Below are positions 36,160-47,651 of a stretch of DNA of 64,000 nt, piece after piece (position 1 is the first letter of the stretch; the number at the start of each line of letters is the position of its first letter). The notes beneath the pieces are model-generated. The model ran no database searches. It was not told the origin of the DNA and was given only the letters and a program-made list of their open reading frames with translations. Made by a program: the position numbers and the translations under genes. This stretch comes from an uncultured Porphyromonadaceae bacterium (GTDB taxonomy: Bacteria > Bacteroidota > Bacteroidia > Bacteroidales > Muribaculaceae), in assembly GCA_948467675.1 (NCBI GenBank), contig CAOKFI010000001.1, positions 25,159 through 89,158 on the forward strand, read 5' to 3'.

Positions 36160-36735
36160 CTATTTCAGATACAGTTTTCTTGAAACGATATATTTGTATA
36201 CTCCTTGCGGAAGGAAAAAGTTCATGTCCTTGCCGCTGCGGATTGCCCGACGTATAAATGTGCTCGACAGAGAACATTCGGGAGCGTCAATCACTGTCAC
36301 GCCGTCCTGATATATGTTTGATACGGGATATCCCGGACGCGGGTAAACTATGACTCCGTATTCGGATATGATGCGTTCGTAGTCTTTCCACTGAGTGAAT
36401 ATCTTCCAGTTATCGCTTCCTATGATCAGATGGAACTTTTTGGCGGGATGCCGTTTGCTCAGCAGATCGAGGGTGTTGATCGTATATGAGGGTTTAGGCA
36501 TGGCCAGTTCGATGTCGCATACCTCGACCCTGTCAAGATCACGTGTGGCCAGTTCGAGCATGGCCAGGCGCTGCATGTCGGGTATCAGTCCGTCGGGTTC
36601 CTTGAGAGGATTGCGCGGCGACAGGGTGAGCCATACTTTGTCGAGCGATGTCCACTGCACTATGTAGCTGGCGAGCATCATGTGTCCTATATGAACCGGA
36701 TTGAATGATCCGCCGAGTATACCGATATGTTCCAT
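36160..36735 (-). CDS. nadD: nicotinate-nucleotide adenylyltransferase
   Basis: 191 aa with the GGSFNPVHIGH (HxGH) motif. Confidence 0.92.
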   Translation of the reverse strand: MEHIGILGGSFNPVHIGHMMLASYIVQWTSLDKVWLTLSPRNPLKEPDGLIPDMQRLAMLELATRDLDRVEVCDIELAMPKPSYTINTLDLLSKRHPAKKFHLIIGSDNWKIFTQWKDYERIISEYGVIVYPRPGYPVSNIYQDGVTVIDAPECSLSSTFIRRAIRSGKDMNFFLPQGVYKYIVSRKLYLK

Positions 36736-36760
36736 AGCAATGCTCAGTGAATGTGTTCTG

Positions 36761-37327
36761 TCAGTTAAGGAACTGTGTTATGACCGACCGGGTTTCGGCA
36801 ATGGCGGCCGACAGGTAGTCGTTGACCACACATGCTTCGTATTTCTTGCCTTGTCCGATTTCGTATTCCGCACGGGCAACACGTTGCTCTATCACGTCGG
36901 GGGCATCAGTGCCTCGGTTTATCAGCCGCTGACGCAGTGTCTCGATATCGGGTGGGGCTATGAATATGCCTAATGCCTGTGATCCGAGTTGCTTTTTCAC
37001 GTTTATTCCGCCATTTACGTCGATATCCATTATCACGTTGTGGCCGGCTGATGTGATGCGTTCGATCTCGCTGCGCAGTGTTCCGTAGAAACGTCCCGGA
37101 TATACTTCTTCGTATTCGATGAATTTACCGTCGGCTATGTTCTGACGGAATTCGTCGTCGGTCAGGAAGAAGTAGTTTACTCCGTGGCTTTCACCTTCAC
37201 GAGGCGGTCTGTTTGTGGCCGATATGGAGAACTGCATGTCGATATCGCCTTCGGCCAATATCGCGTTGATTATGGTAGATTTGCCGCAGCCAGATGGCGC
37301 TGATATTATGATGACTTTACCTTTCAT
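36761..37327 (-). CDS. gmk: guanylate kinase
   Basis: 188 aa with P-loop SAPSGCGKST. Confidence 0.95.
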   Translation of the reverse strand: MKGKVIIISAPSGCGKSTIINAILAEGDIDMQFSISATNRPPREGESHGVNYFFLTDDEFRQNIADGKFIEYEEVYPGRFYGTLRSEIERITSAGHNVIMDIDVNGGINVKKQLGSQALGIFIAPPDIETLRQRLINRGTDAPDVIEQRVARAEYEIGQGKKYEACVVNDYLSAAIAETRSVITQFLN

Positions 37328-37337
37328 TTGTGTCGGC

Positions 37338-38213
37338 TTACATTACGTTGAGAACCTGCTCTTTGATCTGTTCGAGCTCGTCTTTCATCCGGACTACGGT
37401 CTTCTGCATTTCGGCATGGTTGCTTTTCGATCCGAGAGTGTTGATCTCACGACCCATTTCCTGGCTTATGAAGCCTAATTTCTTGCCTTGGCCCGGTGCG
37501 CCTTCCATTGTCTCGATGAAGTAGTTCATGTGTTGTGTCAGGCGCTGTTTCTCTTCGTTGATGTCGAGTTTCTCGATATAGAATATCATCTCCTGCTCAA
37601 GGCGGGATTTGTCGTGGTCTACCGCCGGAATCTTGGCGAGTCCGTCTTCGATCCGAGAACGGATCTTTTCGATGCGTTCGTTTTCCCATTGAGGTATTTC
37701 GGCCAGTAGGTCTCTGATACGTGCGATACGTTTAGCGAAGAATTCCTCAAGTTTGATACCTTCCTGACGACGGAAATTCATAAGTTCGTCGACGGCTTCA
37801 TCGGTGGCTTTGAGCAGAGCGGCGATTTCTGTTTCGTCGACAGTGGCGGTGCTTTCCTGCCTGATGGTGTCGGGGAGTCTGAGCAACAGGCTGTACCAGT
37901 CGTCGGGGGAGGGTAGCCCCAGAGTTTGTCCGAGCTGTTCGATCTGCTGCTTATATGATGCGATCATCGGAATGTTGAGTGCGGCGTTGGTTTCGGTGCA
38001 CTGACTCTCGACATATACGTTCATATCGGCTTTGCCGCGTTCGAGCCGCCGGGCTACATGATTGCGCAGCTCAAGTTCTTTTTCACGGTATGCCGCCGGT
38101 ATGCGTGTGGCTAAATCCATCTGTTTGCTATTGAGGGATTTTATCTCGACAGTGATTTTTTGATTCGGCAACTGAACTACGGCTTTGCCGAAACCGGTCA
38201 TTGAAAGTAGCAT
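37338..38213 (-). CDS. yicC: YicC/YloC family endoribonuclease
   Basis: 291 aa with the MLLSMTGFGKA N-terminus and C-terminal DUF1732-like region (EMGREINTLGSKSN). Confidence 0.9.
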   Translation of the reverse strand: MLLSMTGFGKAVVQLPNQKITVEIKSLNSKQMDLATRIPAAYREKELELRNHVARRLERGKADMNVYVESQCTETNAALNIPMIASYKQQIEQLGQTLGLPSPDDWYSLLLRLPDTIRQESTATVDETEIAALLKATDEAVDELMNFRRQEGIKLEEFFAKRIARIRDLLAEIPQWENERIEKIRSRIEDGLAKIPAVDHDKSRLEQEMIFYIEKLDINEEKQRLTQHMNYFIETMEGAPGQGKKLGFISQEMGREINTLGSKSNHAEMQKTVVRMKDELEQIKEQVLNVM

Positions 38214-38240
38214 ATCGTCTTACGTTTTTCGCAAAATTAG

Positions 38241-38936
38241 TCAAAATACGGGATTCTTAGGCTTGGTGGCCTGAAATTCTTTAAGGTAAAGTGGCACAGA
38301 GTATGCTCTGTCAAGGAAATCGTTTTCCCGGAACGCTTTTTCGGAAAGAGCCAGCATGTCGGATGCCAGCGGCACTATGCCCGATACGAATACCGCATTG
38401 GGATGGCGTATGATGTCGCGGGCTTTGCCACTCCCGTTTCCGAACAGTAGAAGCGGACCGCTCTCCAACAGGTCATGATAGCTGCCGGGGGTGAGTATGA
38501 GCGGCTGTGTTGGCATAATTTCGTGGAGCCACATATCGAGTACGCATGTATATACTTCCATGCGCCGTGCGTCGATCATTGGAGCAAACCTTGTCTCGAG
38601 GTTTACTCCGGGATATCCGAACATGACCGATGTAGCCATGATCTGGAGAGTGGGGATTCCTATAAGCGGAATGTCAAGGGCATAGGCGAGGCCTTTTGCT
38701 TCGGACAGGCCGATACGCAGTCCGGTATAACTTCCCGGTCCGATAGATACGGCTATTGCGTCGAGCTGTTTATCTTCAAGTTTTGCCTGGTCGAGGCATT
38801 GTTTTATAAATCCGCTGAGCACTGCGGCATGATTCTGCCCTTTGAATTCTTCAAAATGGCAGGCTACTGCCATGTCTGTGGTAAGTGCTACCGAACATAC
38901 GTCGGTCGATGTTTCTATATTGAGTATGGTAGCCAT
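38241..38936 (-). CDS. tsaB: tRNA t6A biosynthesis protein TsaB
   Basis: 231 aa with the ILNIETSTDVCSVAL and GPGSYTGLRIG motifs. Confidence 0.9.
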   Translation of the reverse strand: MATILNIETSTDVCSVALTTDMAVACHFEEFKGQNHAAVLSGFIKQCLDQAKLEDKQLDAIAVSIGPGSYTGLRIGLSEAKGLAYALDIPLIGIPTLQIMATSVMFGYPGVNLETRFAPMIDARRMEVYTCVLDMWLHEIMPTQPLILTPGSYHDLLESGPLLLFGNGSGKARDIIRHPNAVFVSGIVPLASDMLALSEKAFRENDFLDRAYSVPLYLKEFQATKPKNPVF

Positions 38937-38960
38937 GATCTGTAGTCAGTTAGGGTTATA

Positions 38961-40829
38961 TTATGGGATTTTGTCGGCCGGTTTGTCCTGGCCGGTTGAA
39001 ATCGATACCGGATCTGTGTCAGGCTGGATATCCGGCTCCGGTTCGTGTTCCGGTTCCGGTTCAATCTGCGTGTCTCTGACTGCTGCCGGTGTATCGATAT
39101 CGTTTTCCCCTGTTGCGGATGGTGCCGCCGGCTGTTCTGCTGACGGTGGTACAAGTCGGGTCGGGGTATCCAGTTGCCTGATGTTTGCCTGTTCCGGCTG
39201 GGCGAAGAGGTCTATCATTTCCTGCGGGATGCGGAATATGTCGTCGGGTGATGTAGGGCGAATCGGTTCGTACCATTGGAACTTAGGCAGATAGTACATG
39301 GATTTCTTGGACAGATACAGCGGCACTGTATTCGTTGTGGTGTTAGGCCATGTTATGCCTTTTTCGATTGCGTTTTTTCTAAAATCGGCCGACATGAAGC
39401 TGCTTTCCAGCGATGTGATCTTGTTGTATGTGGAATCGCTTTCCATCGGAAGCATTATGGCCTGCACATTTCCGCTGACGTCAAGATGACGCAACTCTCC
39501 GTCTTCCATGAAGGCCACCATCTCTTTTCCGCTCAGCTGATTGTAGAATTCTTCGTCGATATGTTCTGCGGAAAAGGCAAAATCCGGCAGCCGAGCCCAG
39601 TCGACTGTGGAGTCGTTTAAGTGCACATGTATTATGTTGCCGAAAATCTGGCGCTGGCCGGTCCAAACGATGGGATGCTTATGCATGTAGAGTATCGAGT
39701 CGCGCTCCATGAAACTCAGAGAGTCGCATACTCCCTGAAGATCTACGCGGTAGAAGCGTACGCGCGGATTCGCGATCATCACATGAGTGGAGTCTTCGGC
39801 CAATGTGAATGAACGGATGGTATCGCCGTGCATGTACAGTGTGTCCTGGCGGGAGTATTCCAGGGCTCTGGCACGTCCTGTGACGAATGCGCTGTCTGTC
39901 ACCTCATTGTAGAATCCGTAATCTCCTTCGATGGCTGTCTGACGTGCGGAGTCGGTCAATACCATGTTGCCGAATGCTTCGCCGTAGCCTGCGTTGCGGT
40001 CGTAAAACAGAGTATCGCCGGTAAGAGTATTGCCGTTGTTGGTCCGAACCGTTGAACGATCGTAAAGATCCGCAATATCAGTGTTTGTGTCGTATACACC
40101 GTTGGAGGTATAGATTGTTCCGTCGCGGTTTATGATTTCGGACGGACATGTCAGTTCGGCTATGTGTGTGTCGGTATTGTACGATAAAGTATCGGTGTAT
40201 ATATACAGGGTGTCGGATTGTTTTTCCGAGATGCTCTGTAGCTTGACGTCGATGTAGAAGTTGGCATCTTTGGTAGACGGGCTGTATTCTCCCTGCAGTG
40301 AGGTCAGTCTGTTCTGCCGGTCGGTAAGAGTGCCCCATACTTCATAATATCCGAGATCGATTCCGAGGTCGTAGTTGAACACGTCGGTCTCAAGCATTAC
40401 GTCACGGTTAATCAGGCGTACTTTTTTATGTTCGTCGGCATATAGGACGGCCATTTCCGTAGGTCCGTCGTAGTTCAGTATATCGGCGAAGACAAACAAT
40501 GTGTCGCCTTGCTCCATACGTACGTTTCCGAAAGCGTCGAGCGAGTTTGTCTTGTCGTAGAAGTAGGCGCTGTCGCAATACATGAACATGTCGCCTTTGC
40601 GGAATTCGACGTTGCCTATGAGTACCTGGTAGTCTACGCCCCGGTTCTCGTCGGTCCACAACCGGTCTGCTCTTTCAAGAAATATCTTTCCCGGCTGGTG
40701 ACGGTCGGCTGTCGGGATCATAGGCTGTATTGTCTGGGACTTGCCTGAAGCGACAGGTTTCTGTGCCAGCACCGCCAATGCTGCCGCTACGGACAGAAGG
40801 GCAGGGAGTATGTGTCTAATCCCCGACAT
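38961..40829 (-). CDS. OstA/LptD-N-like periplasmic protein with acidic Pro/Glu-rich tail
   Basis: 622 aa with a signal peptide and repeated OstA-like beta-jellyroll pattern. Its position downstream of SurA-like chaperones is typical of Bacteroidales. Confidence 0.65.
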   Translation of the reverse strand: MSGIRHILPALLSVAAALAVLAQKPVASGKSQTIQPMIPTADRHQPGKIFLERADRLWTDENRGVDYQVLIGNVEFRKGDMFMYCDSAYFYDKTNSLDAFGNVRMEQGDTLFVFADILNYDGPTEMAVLYADEHKKVRLINRDVMLETDVFNYDLGIDLGYYEVWGTLTDRQNRLTSLQGEYSPSTKDANFYIDVKLQSISEKQSDTLYIYTDTLSYNTDTHIAELTCPSEIINRDGTIYTSNGVYDTNTDIADLYDRSTVRTNNGNTLTGDTLFYDRNAGYGEAFGNMVLTDSARQTAIEGDYGFYNEVTDSAFVTGRARALEYSRQDTLYMHGDTIRSFTLAEDSTHVMIANPRVRFYRVDLQGVCDSLSFMERDSILYMHKHPIVWTGQRQIFGNIIHVHLNDSTVDWARLPDFAFSAEHIDEEFYNQLSGKEMVAFMEDGELRHLDVSGNVQAIMLPMESDSTYNKITSLESSFMSADFRKNAIEKGITWPNTTTNTVPLYLSKKSMYYLPKFQWYEPIRPTSPDDIFRIPQEMIDLFAQPEQANIRQLDTPTRLVPPSAEQPAAPSATGENDIDTPAAVRDTQIEPEPEHEPEPDIQPDTDPVSISTGQDKPADKIP

Positions 40830-42180
40830 TCTTTATCCATCCTTTGTGCTTGAAGTCGCAGTTTCTCCATCCGTCTTCGATACGGATGTAGGTTTCCCGT
40901 ATCTTTTTCTCAGTCCAGTCACGTATGATTTTCTCGCGTGCGTTGTCTTCATACATGCCTTTGATCTGCTGGTAGTCGTCGCTGAGATTTGCTTTATGGG
41001 CATCGATACGATTGGTTAGCTTGACGATAGCCACTATGTCGCGGTTTCGTTTAGGATCTTTCATTATGAAGGCTTTCGAGATCTCTCCGGGCTCCATCGT
41101 GTTTACTACTTTGGCGACCTCCTGTGGCAGTTCGGACATCTCGAAGCGTGTGGTGCCGTTGTTTTCGTTGACCATCACGCCACGGCTGTTGCGTGTGTCT
41201 TTGTCCTGCGAGATATACGGAGTGGCTTCTTCGAACGAGAATTTTCCTTCGACGATGTCGGCACGTATCGAATCGAGGCGGTTAAGCGCGTCGGTCAGAT
41301 CTTTGTCGCTGACTTTAGGACGAAGCAGTATGTGGCGAGTATTGATGCGGTCGCCGCGTTTCTCGATGAGCTGTATGATGTGGAATCCGTATTCTGTCTC
41401 TACGATTTTAGATGCCTTTTTCGGGTCGTTGAGGTTGAAAGCCACTGCGGCGTATTCCGGCACCAGCTGACCGCGTCCGCTGAATCCGAGTTCTCCGCCG
41501 TATACTGAGCTGCCGTCCTCGCTATACATGACAGCAAGTGTGGAGAAGTTGGCTTCGCCACGGTTCACACGGTCTGCATAATCTCGCAGACGGGCTTTGA
41601 CGTCTTCTATCTCCTGACGAGGAATTATGGGGTTCAGGGTCATGATCTGCGCTTCGACCTGCAACGGTACGAACGGGATACTGTCTTCCGGCAATGAGGC
41701 GAAATATTTGCGTACATCGCTTGGCGTGGTCTTTATGTCTTTGGTAAGGCCGGACTGAACCTGCTGTATGCGAGCCTGATTACGTGTCATCTCCATCATA
41801 GTCTCACGTATTGCCGGCAATGGTTTCCGGTAGAATGACTCCAGTTTCTCACGTGATCCTACTCCTGCGATCATGGCGTTGATCCTTGCATCGACCTGTT
41901 GCGCCACCATGCCCTCGGATACCTCTACAGTATCGAGTTCGGCCTGATGCAAGAACAGTTTCTCCAATGCCATCTGTTCGGGCAATACACAGAACGGATC
42001 TCCATCGATCGGCATGCGCTCGTACTGCATCTGCTGGTACAGTTCTTCAATCTCCGATTTCCAGATCGGCTGGTCTCCGATCATCCAGGCGACTTCTTCT
42101 GCGATATTATTATTTTGAGCCAAGGCTGCCAATGACATGGCAGCAAATGCACCTAAAAAGGCTTTTCTCTTGATATTCAC
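40816..42180 (-). CDS. SurA-like peptidyl-prolyl isomerase (parvulin)
   Basis: GTG 42180 gives a good signal peptide (VNIKRKAFLGAFAAMSLAALA), whereas the track ORF uses upstream TTG 42246. The parvulin motif is GGELGFSGRGQLVPEYAAVAF...FGFHIIQ. Confidence 0.85.
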   Translation of the reverse strand: MNIKRKAFLGAFAAMSLAALAQNNNIAEEVAWMIGDQPIWKSEIEELYQQMQYERMPIDGDPFCVLPEQMALEKLFLHQAELDTVEVSEGMVAQQVDARINAMIAGVGSREKLESFYRKPLPAIRETMMEMTRNQARIQQVQSGLTKDIKTTPSDVRKYFASLPEDSIPFVPLQVEAQIMTLNPIIPRQEIEDVKARLRDYADRVNRGEANFSTLAVMYSEDGSSVYGGELGFSGRGQLVPEYAAVAFNLNDPKKASKIVETEYGFHIIQLIEKRGDRINTRHILLRPKVSDKDLTDALNRLDSIRADIVEGKFSFEEATPYISQDKDTRNSRGVMVNENNGTTRFEMSELPQEVAKVVNTMEPGEISKAFIMKDPKRNRDIVAIVKLTNRIDAHKANLSDDYQQIKGMYEDNAREKIIRDWTEKKIRETYIRIEDGWRNCDFKHKGWIKNVGD

Positions 42181-42232
42181 GTTATGTCGGTATTTTAGGA
42201 TGCAAATATAGCAAATATTTGCGTGCGGGTTG

Positions 42233-43096
42233 TCAGTATACCACAATTTCGCCCGATTTTATCGCCATGTCGTACAATTCTTTCCGCAACTTACGGTCAT
42301 ATTCCATGCGACGTGTGGCAATAAGGCGCTCCAGAATTTCCGGTTTTGCGATTTCCAGCGGTTTGACTGATCCTACAGGGAGGTATTCAGTGATTGCGAG
42401 CAGATATACAGATCCCCCCCGGGATGTGTCAAGAAATTTATGAGTCCGCAGAAAGTGGTCTGGATTCGTTCCGAAATCATACGGAATCATGTTTTTCACG
42501 GCGCTCCATTCGACCCATCGGTCGCGGAAGTATTCGTAACTCACGTCAGTGTCGTCGCATGCTTTCTCAAGGCGGTCTATATCGTCGGCTTTGTCGGACC
42601 GGTACCATTTCCGAATGTCGGACAGTGAATGCGAATCGTCCGGCAGCCTGACATAAATGCCTTTTATCAACGGCTCGGAGGTGCGCAGCTGTTGCTTGTG
42701 GGTTTCGTAATATGTTTCGATTTCGTCATCACCCGGAGCTGCGTCGGTATTCTGGTCGAACATCCGTCTGCGGTACTCACGCATGATCAAATCCCGGCGG
42801 TATTCGGCCACCATAGCGTCGATATCGCGAGTATCATTAATGTTTGCAATGGCGAGTTCGTCGATGATCTCGTCGTCGATCCAATTTGCAATAAAGGATT
42901 TTGCGAATTTCACACTATCCTCCGGAGTCAGTCCGTAGGGGATCGCTTTCTGCAGGTCCTGGCGTGACAGGGTGGCAGAGCCTACTTTAACCAGTATATC
43001 CCCTTGGCCGGATGTCTCTTGTGGGCTGCACGAGACGGCAGCCAGCGCAGTCAACGCGGCAAAGGGGATATACAGAACCGGAATCCGGAACATCAT
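42233..43096 (-). CDS. SurA-N-domain-like chaperone lipoprotein (no obvious parvulin motif)
   Basis: 287 aa with lipobox AAVSC. It sits in the PPIase cluster, and its start overlaps the stop of the upstream PpiD-like gene by 4 nt. Confidence 0.65.
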   Translation of the reverse strand: MMFRIPVLYIPFAALTALAAVSCSPQETSGQGDILVKVGSATLSRQDLQKAIPYGLTPEDSVKFAKSFIANWIDDEIIDELAIANINDTRDIDAMVAEYRRDLIMREYRRRMFDQNTDAAPGDDEIETYYETHKQQLRTSEPLIKGIYVRLPDDSHSLSDIRKWYRSDKADDIDRLEKACDDTDVSYEYFRDRWVEWSAVKNMIPYDFGTNPDHFLRTHKFLDTSRGGSVYLLAITEYLPVGSVKPLEIAKPEILERLIATRRMEYDRKLRKELYDMAIKSGEIVVY

Positions 43097-45036
43097 TTGA
43101 TCTGTTTGAGTATCTTTTTGTTGATTTTTACGGGATATTTCTTCTTGAGAGCCTTGATCCAGTCTTTCTCAAGAGCGGCCTGATAATCGGTGGTGACAGG
43201 GCCGCGTACATCGGCCGCTTCTTCGGGAGCTGCGATGACCTTTCCCAAGTACGGGGTGTATGCTTTCCATTTTTCAGCTGAGCGATCCGGAGCCGGCTGG
43301 CCGAAGGCGATGGCATCTATTACCGGATTGTCGCCCATGGCCATCACGACGCGTTCGGTCTTTACCTCGCGGCCGAATTCCTGACGCATCTTCTTTGCGA
43401 CTGAGTCGGCTTCGAGTTTATTGTCGTCGAGGTATCTGTTGACTTCGGCGAGTATGGAGTCGCTTGTGGCGTAGATTACGAATCCTTTGTATCTTGGAGA
43501 ATCCCATTTGTAATCCGATTTATGTTTATTGAAGAACGCTTCGAGTCCTTCTTTATCTTTCGACGATTTTTCCCAGACGTTGCGGTTGCTGATCTCAAAC
43601 AGCATCATGCCGTCGCGGTATTCATTGACAAGATTCCGGAATTCGGGATATTTGTTCTCCAATTGTCCTTTTTCGTATTCTATGGTCGCTGCATCAGCCT
43701 GCCGGTCGAGAGTCGAAGATATCACTTTGAATCCTATTTCTGACGGTACGACAGTGGAGAACGGAACATTGGCCATGACCTGTGACAGCGGAACGGTCTG
43801 ATCGGCTACCTGAATGGCCGGAAGGTCGCTTTTACGCAATTCTGCAACGATAGTCGAGTCATACGAGCCGTTTCTGTCCAGCTGCTGGCGGATGTAATCA
43901 AGAGTCGAGTCTATGATCCGTGTGCCATAGGCGGCTTTGAGTTTGCCGAGCTGTGCATTGTCAGCCTCCATTGCGCGTTCATCGCCGGCTATCGCATTCA
44001 AAATCGTCGGTCTGGCTTCGTCGATAGGCACTACCGGACGGGCGTCGATGCGCTGGATTATGTGATAACCGAATGAGGATGCGAACGGTTTCGAGATGTC
44101 GCCGTTTTTCAGTGCGAAAGCTACTGTCTCAAATTCCTTGACCATGCGTCCGGATCCGAACCAAGGCAGTTCTCCGCCGTTGCGTGCCGATCCTGGATCT
44201 TCGCTTTCTGTCTTGGCGACTTCGGCGAAATCAGCTCCGGATGATGTCACGATGGTGTATATGGAATCGATTCGGGCTTTGGTCGCGGCATCACCTTCTG
44301 CGGTGCGCGGTCGGGGGAACTGTTTGAGGATATGCCGTACAAGTACTTCTCCCTGGTCTGGACGGCGTGCATTGACGCGTATCAGATGATATCCGAAACG
44401 AGTCTTGAATACGGGCGACAGTTCTCCTACAGGTGTTTCATACATCATTTTTTCAAACGCGTATGGATATTGGTTGGCTCCGGCCCAGCCGGTATGTCCG
44501 CTGTTATATTGCACAGCCGGATCTATCGAATAGGCTTTTGCTATTTCATAGAAATCGCTGCCATCGACAATGGCCTGGCGCAGACTGTCGGCAAGGTGTT
44601 TGTTCGGATGGCCGGTGGAATGGCTGTCGTCGAGACGCAACATAAGGTGGTTGATGTCGACGTTTTCTTTCATGTGCGCGTATGCCTCGTTTATGAGTTT
44701 TTCCTCTACGGAATTGTCGCGGAGATATGGTCGGGCAAGCTCGTCGCGGTATCCGTTGAATTCGCGGATAAAGGCCGCTGTAGTATCAATGCCGGCAGTT
44801 TTGGCATCGGCGACTTTCAGCTTGTATGTGACAAACATGTCGAGATATTCGTCGAGGCTCTGCGGTTTGACCTGCTGGCTGTTGTTCTTGTTGTATAGAT
44901 ACTTGAATTCGCTCAGGGGCACAGCATTCCCGTTAACTGTCATCAGTGTAGGGTCGTCATCACCGGCGGTTCTGGCCCATGATGCCGATGTAATGGCGAG
45001 GGCGCACAATGCCACTGTCAAAAAACGTTTTTCCAT
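43093..45036 (-). CDS. PpiD/SurA-like peptidyl-prolyl isomerase with two parvulin domains
   Basis: 647 aa with a signal peptide and motifs FGYHLIRV and GGELPWFGSGRMVKEFE...FGYHIIQ. Confidence 0.85.
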   Translation of the reverse strand: MEKRFLTVALCALAITSASWARTAGDDDPTLMTVNGNAVPLSEFKYLYNKNNSQQVKPQSLDEYLDMFVTYKLKVADAKTAGIDTTAAFIREFNGYRDELARPYLRDNSVEEKLINEAYAHMKENVDINHLMLRLDDSHSTGHPNKHLADSLRQAIVDGSDFYEIAKAYSIDPAVQYNSGHTGWAGANQYPYAFEKMMYETPVGELSPVFKTRFGYHLIRVNARRPDQGEVLVRHILKQFPRPRTAEGDAATKARIDSIYTIVTSSGADFAEVAKTESEDPGSARNGGELPWFGSGRMVKEFETVAFALKNGDISKPFASSFGYHIIQRIDARPVVPIDEARPTILNAIAGDERAMEADNAQLGKLKAAYGTRIIDSTLDYIRQQLDRNGSYDSTIVAELRKSDLPAIQVADQTVPLSQVMANVPFSTVVPSEIGFKVISSTLDRQADAATIEYEKGQLENKYPEFRNLVNEYRDGMMLFEISNRNVWEKSSKDKEGLEAFFNKHKSDYKWDSPRYKGFVIYATSDSILAEVNRYLDDNKLEADSVAKKMRQEFGREVKTERVVMAMGDNPVIDAIAFGQPAPDRSAEKWKAYTPYLGKVIAAPEEAADVRGPVTTDYQAALEKDWIKALKKKYPVKINKKILKQIK

Positions 45037-45075
45037 TGTATGTTTACGATGAGGTTAAATTGTTCCGAAAATAAT

Positions 45076-45096
45076 AACGGGCATTGCTGCCCGTTT
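45076..45096 (-). terminator. intrinsic terminator of guaB
   Basis: Core stem aacgggca / tgcccgtt with loop ttgc. On the minus strand it is followed by a U-rich tract (attatttt). Confidence 0.6.
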
Positions 45097-45145
45097 ATTA
45101 TTTCAATTATATGTATATAATAGCATTAATGCTTACGATTGCGTA

Positions 45146-46639
<1,494 letters not shown>

Positions 46640-46722
46640 TTATTGCATGCAAAGATAGTGCTTTTTTCGCAATTATGAGAGATGGCGTGCTATAAAATCA
46701 CAAGCATTTTTGATGCGGATGG

Positions 46723-47346
46723 TCATTCAGGGATTTTGCCGTCGATGAGGCTGTCGAATAAATCGTCAGGAATTCCGACTGTTATGACTTCGGCTTCGTC
46801 GAATTCACACATCATGCGGTATAGTTTCAGAATCCGTTCGGCATATCTGTTATTGGCAGCCCAGCGTCCGCTTAATTTTTCCCAGTCTTTGGCGCATCCG
46901 CGTATCACCTGACCGAAACGCGGATCGACAAGTGTTTCGCCGTCGGGCAGCGGTGCTTTGGTGGCGTATGCGTACAGATGCTGTATCTGTGCGGTCACGC
47001 CTTCGTCTATTCCGGAGAATGCGCACCCTTTCATGCCTTTGGCCAGAACTCCCAGGCCGCAGTAGTTGAATTGCTGTCCATCGACTGCTGTTCCGTCGGA
47101 AAACCGGAACCAGCCGGTCTCAAGAATTGCCTGGCACAACGCGATATCGCCACGTATTCCATAACGGTTTCCCACGCGATGGAATGTTTCTGCAATTTCA
47201 CGCTGAAAGTCACTGTTTCGTGATTTTACGAACTGATACATGCGTTCGACCGACAATTCAGTGTCGCCCATGATAGGTGTCGCCCCATATATATATGGTG
47301 CGGAGACAAGCCATATAGCCAATATGAGTATAATCGTTCGTTTCAT
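46723..47346 (-). CDS. glucosaminidase (mannosyl-glycoprotein endo-beta-N-acetylglucosaminidase) domain protein
   Basis: 207 aa with a signal peptide and the AILETGWF motif. Confidence 0.75.
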   Translation of the reverse strand: MKRTIILILAIWLVSAPYIYGATPIMGDTELSVERMYQFVKSRNSDFQREIAETFHRVGNRYGIRGDIALCQAILETGWFRFSDGTAVDGQQFNYCGLGVLAKGMKGCAFSGIDEGVTAQIQHLYAYATKAPLPDGETLVDPRFGQVIRGCAKDWEKLSGRWAANNRYAERILKLYRMMCEFDEAEVITVGIPDDLFDSLIDGKIPE

Positions 47347-47648
47347 TCAGCAGCAGTAACCGGTACCGGTTCGTCAAGAGGATTGCGTGATGGAGTGGAT
47401 CCGGAGTGTTTTTTTGAGGATCGGGACTTTCGTAGGCCTTTGCTTTTGTCCTGATGCCGGTTGTCTGATGCGGCTGTCGAATCCGGCTGGTTTTCAATGA
47501 AGCATGTAACCGTATCGCGCACTATAACGACGGGGCGCTGAGATCCATAGGAGTGCAGTGCCAGAGCTATGACTATTGCGGTCATGACCAGCAGCAGGAT
47601 CAACAGCCCGCGTTTTTCAGCATATGTGAACCGGTCGGTCAGTCGCAT
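47343..47648 (-). CDS. small membrane-anchored hypothetical protein (ComEA-N-terminus-like, no HhH domain)
   Basis: 101 aa with a single TM segment then a basic low-complexity tail. Its stop overlaps the start of the downstream gene by 4 nt. Confidence 0.5.
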   Translation of the reverse strand: MRLTDRFTYAEKRGLLILLLVMTAIVIALALHSYGSQRPVVIVRDTVTCFIENQPDSTAASDNRHQDKSKGLRKSRSSKKHSGSTPSRNPLDEPVPVTAAE

Positions 47649-47651
47649 GGC

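Noticed and set aside
39030-39075. Short tandem ccggttc/ccggctc repeats that might suggest a repeat array.
   Set aside because: They lie in-frame within the OstA-like CDS and encode an EPEPEHEPEP low-complexity tail. There are no spacers or CRISPR-like periodicity.
41838-41856. The CACGTG-containing sequence agtttctcacgtgatcc, and a similar one near 25060, as possible parS sites.
   Set aside because: The arms do not match the parS consensus (tGTTTCACGTGAAACa) and both lie inside coding sequence.
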